64,000 nt of DNA from Pseudomonadota bacterium (lineage in GTDB: Bacteria; Pseudomonadota; Gammaproteobacteria; DASZBR01), in the NCBI GenBank assembly GCA_021777765.1, contig JAJYDF010000017.1:3909-67908 (forward strand). The letters are read 5' to 3'. Shown here in pieces: positions 41,846 through 51,453 of this stretch. Under the pieces are notes generated by a model, which saw only the letters and a program-made list of their open reading frames with translations, was not told where the DNA came from and did not search any database. Every line of letters begins with the position of its first letter. Positions within the stretch are counted from its first letter, which is position 1. The position numbers and the translations under genes are program-made.

Positions 41846-43813
41846 GTGCACGCAACTATTCTCAATCTCACATTAATCATTATTTTTCTTCCATTAATTG
41901 CAGGTTTAATTGCAGGTGTTTTTGGTAAAACAGTAGGGCGTGATGGTGCACATTGGGTAACGTGTACGGGTGTTGCAATTTCATTTTTATTATCGCTAGT
42001 CATTTGTAAATGGATTTATATTGATCAGGTGCCCGCTTTTTATGGCAATTTTTATACCTGGAGTATCAGTGGTCGTTTTCAATTTAATTTAGGATTTTTA
42101 ATTGATCATTTAAGCGCAGTGATGATGGCGGTTGTTACTTTTGTGTCACTGGCAGTACATGTTTATAGTATTGGTTATATGCATGATGATCCGGGGTATC
42201 AACGTTTTTTCAGTTATATTTCATTTTTTACTTTTGCGATGTTGATGTTAGTTACAGCCAATAATTTCTTGCAATTATATTTTGGTTGGGAAGGGGTTGG
42301 TTTAATTTCCTATTTATTAATTGGATTTTGGTTTAAACGTGAAAGTGCTAATTTAGGGAGTTTGAAAGCATTTATCGTGAATCGTGTTGGTGATATGGGA
42401 TTTTTATTAGCCTTAGCCGGATTTATATGTTTTTGTGATTCATTAGATATGCACACTATTTTTTCACAAGCACCGCAATTAGCAGCACAATCATTTAGTA
42501 TTTTCCCTGGCACATCTTGTTCTGTGGTGACATTACTCTGTATTTTATCTTTTATTGGTGCAATGGGTAAATCAGCACAAATGCCATTACATGTGTGGTT
42601 ACCCGAATCAATGGAAGGTCCTACACCCATTTCGGCATTAATTCATGCAGCAACCATGGTAACAGCGGGAATTTATTTAGTATCACGTATGTCGCCGTTA
42701 TTTGAATATTCTAATACGGCATTAAGTTTTGTATTAATTGTTGGTGCAACGGGTGCATTATTTACAGGTATTTTAGCGTTAGTGCAAAATGATATTAAAC
42801 GGGTTGTTGCTTATTCAACATTATCTCAATTAGGTTATATGATTGCCGCATTAGGGGCATCTGCTTATGGCGCTGGTATTTTTCATTTAATTACCCATGC
42901 ATTTTTCAAAGCATTATTATTCCTGGCAGCAGGTTCTGTCATTCTTGCCTGTCATCACGAACAAGATATGCGCAAAATGGGTGGCTTATATAAATATTTA
43001 CCTGTCACTTATATATCATTTTTAATTGGTGCCTTAGCGTTATGTGCAATCCCACCTTTTTCGGGATTTTATTCAAAAGATGCCATTATTGATGCGGTTG
43101 GCATGACGACTATTTTTGGCGGACATTATGCTTATTATTGTGTATTAATTGGTACATTTGTCACAGCGTTATATACATTCCGTGCCTTTTTCTTAACATT
43201 TCATACCACTGAACGATTTGATGAACAAACACGTAGTCATTTGCATGAGTCGCCATGGGTCGTATTAATTCCATTAATTGTGTTAGCAATTCCATCTGTG
43301 TGTGCTGGATTTATTTTAGCAAAACCGTTTTTATATCAAACGCCAAGCATTTTAGATGGCAGTATATTTATTTTACCAAATCATAATGTGATTGCTGCGT
43401 TAGCAACTCATTTTACAGGCCATATGCAACATTTACTTGATTCATTTCATACACTGACTTTATGGTTTGCAATTGCAGGAATATTTAGCGCTTGGTTGTT
43501 TTACCAACGCATGCCTAACTTACCTGCAAAATGTGCACAACGATTTAAAATACTTTATACCATTTTGATTGATAAATATGGTTTCGATCGTTTTAATGAA
43601 AAAGTGATTGTGAAAAATACTCGCACATTGGCTGATTTTTCATTTAATGTTGCCGATGTAAAAATTCTTGATGGCATTATTGTGAATGGCGCTGGACGTT
43701 TAGTTACATGGTTTTCTAGTGTGGTTCGTCGTTTGCAATCAGGCTATTTATTTCATTACGCATTGGTGATGATAGTTGGTTTGTTAGGATTGTTGTTTTG
43801 GTTTATTTATTAA
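41846..43813 (+). CDS. nuoL: NADH-quinone oxidoreductase subunit L
   Basis: GWEGVG, GKSAQMPLHVWLPESMEGPTPISALIHAATMV. Confidence 0.97.
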   Translation: MHATILNLTLIIIFLPLIAGLIAGVFGKTVGRDGAHWVTCTGVAISFLLSLVICKWIYIDQVPAFYGNFYTWSISGRFQFNLGFLIDHLSAVMMAVVTFVSLAVHVYSIGYMHDDPGYQRFFSYISFFTFAMLMLVTANNFLQLYFGWEGVGLISYLLIGFWFKRESANLGSLKAFIVNRVGDMGFLLALAGFICFCDSLDMHTIFSQAPQLAAQSFSIFPGTSCSVVTLLCILSFIGAMGKSAQMPLHVWLPESMEGPTPISALIHAATMVTAGIYLVSRMSPLFEYSNTALSFVLIVGATGALFTGILALVQNDIKRVVAYSTLSQLGYMIAALGASAYGAGIFHLITHAFFKALLFLAAGSVILACHHEQDMRKMGGLYKYLPVTYISFLIGALALCAIPPFSGFYSKDAIIDAVGMTTIFGGHYAYYCVLIGTFVTALYTFRAFFLTFHTTERFDEQTRSHLHESPWVVLIPLIVLAIPSVCAGFILAKPFLYQTPSILDGSIFILPNHNVIAALATHFTGHMQHLLDSFHTLTLWFAIAGIFSAWLFYQRMPNLPAKCAQRFKILYTILIDKYGFDRFNEKVIVKNTRTLADFSFNVADVKILDGIIVNGAGRLVTWFSSVVRRLQSGYLFHYALVMIVGLLGLLFWFIY

Positions 43814-43822
43814 ATAATTTAG

Positions 43823-43999
43823 TGTCATTCACGGACGGTATGGTATGGAAAAGCTATCAATACTTTCAAGCGGGAATCTATTACTGAATTTATTAAGAGA
43901 TATGTTTTTTTTGTTTGCATTACAAGTTAATTAAATTGAAATAGATTCCCGCTTGATAGTTAAGTAAGTTTGCTGATTAATGTGCCAACGGGAATGACA
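43823..43999. repeat. Family B palindromic element, ~177 nt, between nuoL and nuoM
   Basis: TGTCATTCACG-33nt-CAAGCGGGAATCTAT-59nt-ATAGATTCCCGCTTG-33nt-CGGGAATGACA. Confidence 0.85.
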
Positions 44000-44045
44000 A
44001 TTTAAGAGAATTAAGTATTTTATTAATATAATCGGAAATACATAA

Positions 44046-45563
44046 ATGCTGAGTCATATTCCATTATTAAGTCTAATGATCTGGACACCGTTGGTCGGTG
44101 CAGTAATTACATTATTTATCGGCAGAGACGGTCATGATAATCGTGCTCGTTGGGCAGCATTAATTACAGCATTAATTGGCATAATATATTGTATTCCTGC
44201 TTATATCGGTTTTAATAATCAAGATTTTCATATGCAATTCCAAGAATTGCATCCTTGGATATCTGTGTATGGCATTAATTATGCATTAGGTGTTGATGGT
44301 ATTTCGCTGCCATTAATATTCTTAACATCATTAACAACATTATTGGTGGTATTGGCAGGCTGGCAAACAATTACATTTAGAATCGGTCAATACATGGCGT
44401 CATTTTTAGTCATGTCATCGATGGTGATTGGTGTTTTTGCTTCATTAGATTCCGTTTTGTTTTATATATTTTGGGAAGGTATGTTAATTCCCATGTATTT
44501 AAATATTGGTATTTGGGGCAGTGAAAATCGCTCATACGCATCGATTAAATTTTTCTTGTATACTTTTTTTGGATCAGCATTATTACTTGTTGTCATTTTA
44601 TATTTAAGAATTCATGCAAATAGTTTTGCAATCACCGATTTTTATCCACTCAAAATGAGTATGCATGCACAAATTATTGTGTTCTTAGGATTTTTATTAG
44701 CATTTGCGGTGAAAGTACCCATGTGGCCTGTACATACTTGGTTACCTGACGCACATACTGAAGCACCTGCTGGCGGATCTGTGGTATTAGCTGCATTAAT
44801 GTTGAAATTAGGTGGCTATGGATTTTTGCGCTTTAGTTTGCCTATCGTACCCGATGCTTGTCACATGCTTGATAAGTGGATGATCGTTTTATCATTAGTT
44901 GCGATTGTTTATATCGGGTTAGTGGCAATTGCACAGGTCGATATGAAAAAATTAATTGCTTATTCCTCAGTGGCACATATGGGCTTTGTAACGCTAGGCA
45001 GCTTTATGATTTATAGCATTGTGCAAGCAACAGGCGATGTCAGTGAAGCTTATATGAGTTTAGAAGGTGCAATGGTACAAATGATTGCACACGCATTTGG
45101 ATCGGGTGCCATGTTCTTGGGCGTCGGAGTTTTATATCACCGTTTACATAGCCGATTAATTAAAGATTTTGGTGGTGTTGCAAATACCATGCCGGTATTT
45201 GCCACATTATTTATGATATTTGCCATGTCTAATGTGGGTTTACCAGGTACTGCAGGATTTGTGGGTGAATTTATGGTGATCCTCAGTGCATTTCAAGCCA
45301 GTTTTTGGGTAGCTTTTTTTGCTGCAATGACATTAATTTTAGGTGCTTCATATACTTTGTGGATGTACAAACGGGTATTTTTTGGTTCTGTCACTAGTGC
45401 AGGTGTAGATAGTTTAACTGACATTAATATGATGGAACGTTTATATTTAATGATTTTGGCCGCGGGTGTTTTATTTTTAGGGATTTATCCAATGCCATTA
45501 TTAAATATGTTACATGCCACCACAGGACATTTGTTGCAATTAAGTTTAGTTTCAAAGTTATAA
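44046..45563 (+). CDS. nuoM: NADH-quinone oxidoreductase subunit M
   Basis: FAVKVPMWPVHTWLPDAHTEAP, KKLIAYSS, GLPGTAGFVGEF. Confidence 0.97.
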   Translation: MLSHIPLLSLMIWTPLVGAVITLFIGRDGHDNRARWAALITALIGIIYCIPAYIGFNNQDFHMQFQELHPWISVYGINYALGVDGISLPLIFLTSLTTLLVVLAGWQTITFRIGQYMASFLVMSSMVIGVFASLDSVLFYIFWEGMLIPMYLNIGIWGSENRSYASIKFFLYTFFGSALLLVVILYLRIHANSFAITDFYPLKMSMHAQIIVFLGFLLAFAVKVPMWPVHTWLPDAHTEAPAGGSVVLAALMLKLGGYGFLRFSLPIVPDACHMLDKWMIVLSLVAIVYIGLVAIAQVDMKKLIAYSSVAHMGFVTLGSFMIYSIVQATGDVSEAYMSLEGAMVQMIAHAFGSGAMFLGVGVLYHRLHSRLIKDFGGVANTMPVFATLFMIFAMSNVGLPGTAGFVGEFMVILSAFQASFWVAFFAAMTLILGASYTLWMYKRVFFGSVTSAGVDSLTDINMMERLYLMILAAGVLFLGIYPMPLLNMLHATTGHLLQLSLVSKL

Positions 45564-45580
45564 AATAATAATTAAAAAAA

Positions 45581-45776
45581 TGTAGCCTGGGTGAAGCCAA
45601 ATGTAAAATAAATTTAGTTTCAAAAAGTTATTTTAAAGCTGAATAATAATTTAATATAAGGGCGAAACGCGGGAAACAAAGCATATCCCGGGTTACGCCC
45701 TAGGTAATCCTATTTATTGAGATGATTTAATTTTTATAGATATATTTAAAATATCATTTGCTCCACCCAGGCTACA
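45581..45776. repeat. GTAG-REP doublet with expanded loops (family C) between nuoM and nuoN
   Basis: TGTAGCCTGGGTGAAGCC-~61nt-GGGCGAAACGCGGGA..TCCCGGGTTACGCCC-~58nt-TGCTCCACCCAGGCTACA. Confidence 0.85.
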
Positions 45777-45808
45777 TTATGGGAGGAATAAAAAGAAGGG
45801 TTTTATCA

Positions 45809-47248
45809 ATGCCATTTAACATACCAAATTTTGTACCAATTATTCCTGAGTTATTCATGCTCAGCATGATTTGCGTCATCATCATGACAGATGTTTTTGT
45901 AAAACAAGAACAAAGAATAATTACTTACTTTCTCACGCAATTTACATTAGTTATTACGGCATTGATTTCATTGTCAATGTTTCATATGCCTACCACCATT
46001 ACTTTTAGTGGTTTATTTATATTAGATCCCATCGCCACATTTTTAAAATTATTAATTTACATCGCAGGATTTTTTGTCTTTTGGTATTCACGTGATTATC
46101 TGGGAGTACGTTCAATTGCGATAGGTGAAAATTATATTTTAGGATTATTAGCCATTTTAGGAATGATGGTTTTAGTTTCATCACATAATTTTCTGACTTT
46201 ATTTTTAGGACTTGAATTATCTGCATTGCCTGTTTATGCCATGGTGGCATTATGGAGAGAATCCGTTGATGGATCTGAAGCTTCTATGAAATATTTTGTC
46301 ATTGGTTCTTTAGCCTCTGCGATGTTGTTATATGGAATATCTATGCTGTATGGAATCACTGGCAGTTTAGATATGAGGGTTGTTGCTAATACTTTAGCGC
46401 ATACTGATTTATCCTCTAATTTATTTTTCATGTTTGGTTTAATTTTCGTATTAGTAGGAATTGCATTTAAATTTGGAGCGGCTCCCTTTCATATGTGGGT
46501 ACCAGATGTGTATGAAGGTGCACCAAGTCCTATGACATTATTTATTAGCAGTGTACCGAAAATTGCCGCCTATGGTTTAGCAGTACGCTTATTAATTGAT
46601 GCATTACCCGGTTTGCATGTTCAATGGCAACAAATATTAATAGTCGTAGCCATATTATCAATGGCGTTAGGTAATTTTGCTGCTATCGTACAAAATAATT
46701 TAAAACGCATGTTGGCTTATTCATCCATTTCACATATGGGTTATATGTCTTTAGGATTATTATGTGCAACACCTGATGGATATGCCGCCGGTTTATTTTA
46801 TATGCTCGCATATGCCATTATGGCTTTAGGTGGATTTGCATTTATTGTGTTATTAAGTAAAGCAGGATTTGAAGCTGATCAGGTCAGTGATTTAAAAGGG
46901 TTAAATACCAGAAATCCTTGGTTAGCATTTATGTTTTTATTATTAATGTTTTCTATGGCAGGCATTCCACCTTCAGTTGGATTTTTTGCAAAATTAGGCG
47001 TGTTAGAAGCATTAATAGGTGTTCATTTAATTTGGTTAGCTGCATTAGCATTAGTCTTCGCTATTATTGGTTCTTATTATTATATTCGCGTAGTGAAAGT
47101 CATGTATTTCGAAGAACCTGAACATTATAAACCATTCACTTACAGTAAAGATTTAGCTGTTGCGATGTCAATTAATGGAATTGCTGTTTTATATTTCGGC
47201 ATGTTTCCTGATAGTTTAATTTCAATTTGCCGTGCTGCGTTTCAATAA
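45809..47248 (+). CDS. nuoN: NADH-quinone oxidoreductase subunit N
   Basis: FKFGAAPFHMWVPDVYEGAP, KRMLAYSSISH; start moved to ATG 45809 because the TTG at 45758 lies in the repeat. Confidence 0.95.
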   Translation: MPFNIPNFVPIIPELFMLSMICVIIMTDVFVKQEQRIITYFLTQFTLVITALISLSMFHMPTTITFSGLFILDPIATFLKLLIYIAGFFVFWYSRDYLGVRSIAIGENYILGLLAILGMMVLVSSHNFLTLFLGLELSALPVYAMVALWRESVDGSEASMKYFVIGSLASAMLLYGISMLYGITGSLDMRVVANTLAHTDLSSNLFFMFGLIFVLVGIAFKFGAAPFHMWVPDVYEGAPSPMTLFISSVPKIAAYGLAVRLLIDALPGLHVQWQQILIVVAILSMALGNFAAIVQNNLKRMLAYSSISHMGYMSLGLLCATPDGYAAGLFYMLAYAIMALGGFAFIVLLSKAGFEADQVSDLKGLNTRNPWLAFMFLLLMFSMAGIPPSVGFFAKLGVLEALIGVHLIWLAALALVFAIIGSYYYIRVVKVMYFEEPEHYKPFTYSKDLAVAMSINGIAVLYFGMFPDSLISICRAAFQ

Positions 47249-47254
47249 TTAATT

Positions 47255-47318
47255 AAGGGGTCAAGTACCGTCTTGCAAGTTAACACCGATTAACTTGCAA
47301 GACGGTACTACACCCCTT
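47255..47318. repeat. Family D inverted repeat at the end of the nuo operon (possible terminator role)
   Basis: AAGGGGTCAAGTACCGTCTTGCAAGTTAA-CACCGA-TTAACTTGCAAGACGGTACTACACCCCTT. Confidence 0.88.
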
Positions 47319-47463
47319 TAATGACCTATAGATATTAATGGGCGATGAAATATATAGTATAATTCTGCATAGCTGTAACTGTACCTTTCTTAAGTCCAGA
47401 CCTTTTTTTCAATCACACCTGCTTAAAGTATTTTCGTTTATTAATTATTTATAAGGACAAGAC

Positions 47464-48558
47464 ATGAAAACTTTATTAGAAAATGAAAAATTTAAAGTAA
47501 TAAGAAACAATGGTCAGATAGATATTTTTATGATCGGGCATAGTGAATCATTAATGACTTTCACTATCGATTCACATGATAACCGCATAACGGCGACACG
47601 TTTTTCTTTTGATAAATTGAATGAAAATGATCAACGTCAAGTTGTTGAGTGTATTTGTCGTGTATTAAAAGAAAAGTGTGGTGGTAAAGAGTTTGTGATT
47701 ATTACCAATCCTGAGCACATAAAATATGCCGCACTATTCAGTAATACCCATTTCAAAATGGATTTGAGATTGATTGAAGGTAGAATTCGTTTGACTAGTC
47801 CTGAGAAATTATTAACTTCATTAGAATCTACAGTGATTAATAGCGAGATTCAGAAAATTGAAGATAATGGTGAATTTTTATTTATAGTCGATAAATTACT
47901 GGCAAAACGTCATGCGGAGTTAATGAATTTAGCAAAAATCTCAGGATTTATTGAATCAAAAATAAAAGATTATGAGCAAAAAGGTGTTGTCGGTTTTGAA
48001 GTTATGGCTTTGAGCTCAGTGTTAATGCGGTTAGTTAATAAAAAAGGTGAATTGGTAGCATTTTACCGCGTAGCTGATCTGGGTAATAAAGTGGGATATA
48101 TGTGTGATACATGGGTTGATGAAAAGTTTTTTGGCACAAAAGATAAAGCATTAGGTACAGCGTATATTTATAAAAAAGCCTGTGAAGTTGCGCTGAATTA
48201 CAGATTTGATCATTTATTATTAATTGCACCAAAGGATAGAGTAGACGAATTTGATAAACATTTTGGTTGTGTGTTACCGCAAAATTCAGCGACTAACATG
48301 CCTTTTATTCTAGCTGGATTTGATTCTGCTAAACCCGAATTAACTAATACTTATCAAGAACAAGCAGACTTTGTCATATCACGTTACAAACAGAAAAACT
48401 TGCAACCATCTGCAGATATATTAGCAACTTCTTTGTCGAAGATTACATTGAGTGATTCATCATTATCATCAGCACAAGAAGTTAAATCAGAAACTCGCGA
48501 ACGTTCAGATACTACTGAAACGCAATTTGCTAAAGCAATGAAAAAATATTCATTGTAG
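47464..48558 (+). CDS. Hypothetical protein with possible GNAT-like acetyltransferase domain, effector-like tail
   Basis: GELVAFYRV..VGYMCDTWVDEKFFG..LGT resembles GNAT strands and motif A; Ser/Glu-rich C-terminus. Confidence 0.5.
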   Translation: MKTLLENEKFKVIRNNGQIDIFMIGHSESLMTFTIDSHDNRITATRFSFDKLNENDQRQVVECICRVLKEKCGGKEFVIITNPEHIKYAALFSNTHFKMDLRLIEGRIRLTSPEKLLTSLESTVINSEIQKIEDNGEFLFIVDKLLAKRHAELMNLAKISGFIESKIKDYEQKGVVGFEVMALSSVLMRLVNKKGELVAFYRVADLGNKVGYMCDTWVDEKFFGTKDKALGTAYIYKKACEVALNYRFDHLLLIAPKDRVDEFDKHFGCVLPQNSATNMPFILAGFDSAKPELTNTYQEQADFVISRYKQKNLQPSADILATSLSKITLSDSSLSSAQEVKSETRERSDTTETQFAKAMKKYSL

Positions 48559-48744
48559 GTTGGAATGAGCGAAAGGGAATTATAAATTTTGTGCTCATAA
48601 ATTAAATTACATTGGTAAATGTTTAATTTACTGCGCGATGTCTAACTAATGCATGTCGGACATCGCCTTAATATTAACAAGAAGATCATGTAGCTTATAT
48701 TTTTATACATTGAACGTATTTCTATCTTGCTCAGTCCGACCTAC
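48555..48744. repeat. GTAG-REP doublet with expanded loops (family F)
   Basis: GTAGGTTGGAATGAGC-64nt-GCGATGTCTAAC..GTCGGACATCGC-62nt-GCTCAGTCCGACCTAC. Confidence 0.75.
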
Positions 48745-48790
48745 AACTACGATTACATTAAACTAAGATGAATAATTAGGATATATTTTT

Positions 48791-49420
48791 ATGCCGTTTT
48801 CTGAAAAACATCAATGGCTCAAATGGGTACAACAATTACAAGCAATTGCACAAACTGGTTTAACATACACTAAAGATGTTTTCGATAAACAGCGATATAA
48901 AATGATCCAACAAATTACAGCGGAAATTGCCGCGAATTACAGTGACGTGCCGCAAGAAAAAATAATTTCACTTTTTCAAAATGAAATTGGTTATGCAACA
49001 CCTAAAGTCGATGTGAGAGGCGCTGTATTTCAAAATGACAAAATATTATTAGCCCAAGAAAAATCTGATCAATTGTGGACATTACCCGGTGGTTGGGCTG
49101 ATATACATGAATCACCCAGCGAAGTGGTTGAAAAAGAAATTAGGGAAGAGTCGGGATATATTTGTAAAGCAAAAAAATTAATTGCCATATACGATATGGA
49201 AAAACATGCGCATCCTCCGCAAGCGTATCATGTTTATAAATTGATTATTTTATGTGAATTAATAGATGGAAAAGCGACTACGAGCATAGAAACATCAGCA
49301 GTGGATTTTTATAGCGAAGATGATATACCGCCATTATCAATTAATCGTATTACGATTGAACAAATTAAAAGAATATTTGAGCATAAGCATAATACGCATT
49401 TTGCGACTGATTTTGATTAA
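48791..49420 (+). CDS. Nudix hydrolase with N-terminal helical domain (YjhB-like)
   Basis: LQAIAQTGL.Y..D.FD..RY, GYATPKVDVRG, Nudix box GGWADIHESPSEVVEKEIREESG. Confidence 0.9.
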   Translation: MPFSEKHQWLKWVQQLQAIAQTGLTYTKDVFDKQRYKMIQQITAEIAANYSDVPQEKIISLFQNEIGYATPKVDVRGAVFQNDKILLAQEKSDQLWTLPGGWADIHESPSEVVEKEIREESGYICKAKKLIAIYDMEKHAHPPQAYHVYKLIILCELIDGKATTSIETSAVDFYSEDDIPPLSINRITIEQIKRIFEHKHNTHFATDFD

Positions 49421-49635
49421 TAGATCAAGTATTCTTATGTATTAATTAATATTAACTTGAATAAAGGATACTTGTTCAGATTATTTATTATAGAAATATT
49501 ATTTATTTTTTTGCCGCTCTCACAGGATTAGCTAAATAAGTATTTAAATGTATTAGGAACTGCTTCATCACTTCTTAAAATGATAATAGGTATCAATTAA
49601 TTTAATGGTATTTGACCTCATAATCTATAGTTGAG

Positions 49636-49669
49636 TTTACACATAATATTGTGTAAATTTATGTGTAAA
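49636..49669. promoter_or_regulatory. Probable antitoxin autoregulatory operator
   Basis: TTTACACA-TAATAT-TGTGTAAA plus a second TGTGTAAA half-site, directly before the AGGAGG RBS of the vapB-like gene. Confidence 0.55.
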
Positions 49670-49683
49670 GAGGAGGATAAATT

Positions 49684-49882
49684 ATGGCTACAAATTTAGC
49701 GATTGATGATAAATTAATTAATGAAGCAGTAAAAATAGGACATCACAATACAAAAAAGCAGCGGTTACTGCGGCGTTAAAAGAATATATTCGAAACCTAA
49801 ACAACTTAAAATTCTCGAATTATTTGGTACAATTGATTACGATGTCGATTATAACTATAAAAAAGAACGCGGGAGAAATTGA
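49684..49882 (+). pseudogene. VapB-type (DUF2191-like) antitoxin with two frameshifts
   Basis: MATNLAIDDKLINEAVKIGHHNTK/AAVTAALKEYIR/KQLKILELFGTIDYD..YKKER reads through only if one base is added near 49752-49757 and one near 49793-49801. Confidence 0.75.
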
Positions 49883-50290
49883 TTGCATATACTTGTTGAT
49901 ACATGCATTTGGTCTATTGCATTAAGAACAAATAAAATAATTCATAAGCAATTCATACAAGAATTAAAGGAATTAATTTTAGATCATCGTGCTCATTTAA
50001 TTGGCCCAATTAAACAAGAATTATTATCAGGAATAACTGAAAAAAAGCAATTCATTGAATTACGTGAAAGATTATCAGTATTTTCATCCCTTGATATCAT
50101 ATCGACTGATTATGAAGTAGCTGCTGAATTTTTTAATCATTGTCGCGTTAAAGGAATTCAAGGATCAATGATAAACTTTCTGATTTGTGCTGTTGCACAT
50201 CGATATGAAATGCCCATATTTACCAATGATAATGATTTTATTTATTTTAAAAAAATACTGCCAATCCGCTTACATCAGATTAGTGATTAA
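49883..50290 (+). CDS. PIN-domain (VapC-like) toxin
   Basis: ILVDTCIWS, QELLSG, IFTNDNDF; the third acidic position reads N (SMINFLI). Confidence 0.85.
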   Translation: MHILVDTCIWSIALRTNKIIHKQFIQELKELILDHRAHLIGPIKQELLSGITEKKQFIELRERLSVFSSLDIISTDYEVAAEFFNHCRVKGIQGSMINFLICAVAHRYEMPIFTNDNDFIYFKKILPIRLHQISD

Positions 50291-50528
50291 ATATTAACCG
50301 CTTAGATTTAAAGTGTTCCTGAAATATTTGGAGAATAATTTCAGTCGATTCTTAGTCAAGTACTAATGATAGAATTTTGATTGTCAATATCAAACAAAAT
50401 AACTTAAGATTTTGTTAAGTTTATTATTTTATAATGTCATTCTTTGTTAAACTTTATTTAGAGTATCTATCATGCAAGATTTATTTAAACCACAGATGCT
50501 TTAAATATTTATTGGAGGTTATTAAAAT

Positions 50529-51372
50529 ATGCCATTGATCGAACTCACCTTTAACCACTATAGCCAGAATCCACTTAAAATCAGAGCTATTTAGACTATT
50601 GATAATGTTGTCCTTGACGAGAACATTGCAAATGTTTCATTCAATATTGCAATTTCTGAGGCATACAATAATTTACAATTGTTAGATACAGCAACTTCCG
50701 GTAGCTCTAAATTAATATTGCAAGACTTCCAAAATTCAAATGAACACACATTTCAAATAGGCGCTTTACGAATCGACATACGTAACTTGAAACAGCTATT
50801 TAATCGCAATGATTTCATTCAAGAAGGTTTTATTAAAAAAATTGACAGAGAGTTATTGCAAGGTTTCACTGTACATGATCAATCCGGCTATGACAATGAC
50901 GTCAAAATTATTCAAGACAAAGTTGTTTTTAGCAGAAACCTAAAAATTTTCAGCTGGATCACGCTACACAAATCCAGGAGAAAGAATTTACGTTAGAAGT
51001 AATATTCCATTTATAAGTTTTTTACATTGCGCCCTAAAAGACTTTTTAGATAATAAAGAGACAATTCCAGGAAGTGTACCGCATGAATTTATGGAATTTT
51101 ATAATAAAGATCGTTTGAATTCCATAAATGCTGTATATTTGCAATATTTTCTTGAAGGCCGTGAAAGAACGAAAATATCTGTAACATGCACACCTAATTT
51201 AGTCAGAACACTCAGAGAAGCGCGTGACAGAACTGTTGATAATTTTGATAGATTATTAAAATCAATTACCCCTCAGCCTTTACAAACACCGGCTGCTGCT
51301 CCAGTAAACTGTAGCTTACCAGTTAAAACAATTGCTCCTAAAGATCGAACAGAATTTACCCCGCATATGTAA
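50529..51372 (+). pseudogene. Degraded hypothetical gene (one nonsense codon, one frameshift)
   Basis: GGAGG RBS and ATG 50529; in-frame TAG at 50592; frame continues into the 50679-50996 ORF and shifts near 50940 into the frame of 51091-51372. Confidence 0.6.
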
Positions 51373-51387
51373 ATTCACCTTTGTAAT

Positions 51388-51423
51388 GAAGCCCGGACTA
51401 CTGAGCATGAGTGATGTGTCCGG
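51388..51423 (+). repeat. Degenerate family E REP
   Basis: GAAGCCCGGACTACTGAGCATGAGTGATGTGTCCGG. Confidence 0.45.
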
Positions 51424-51453
51424 TGCGAACATTATATATGTCAGGAGACCAAT

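Noticed and set aside
39900-48744. Palindromic elements as integron attC sites
   Set aside because: No consistent RYYYAAC/GTTRRRY ends, they flank core nuo genes rather than cassettes, and there is no integrase
50592-50594. In-frame TAG as a recoding (pyrrolysine or read-through) site
   Set aside because: The same gene also has a frameshift and neighbouring genes are decayed; all core genes use the standard code
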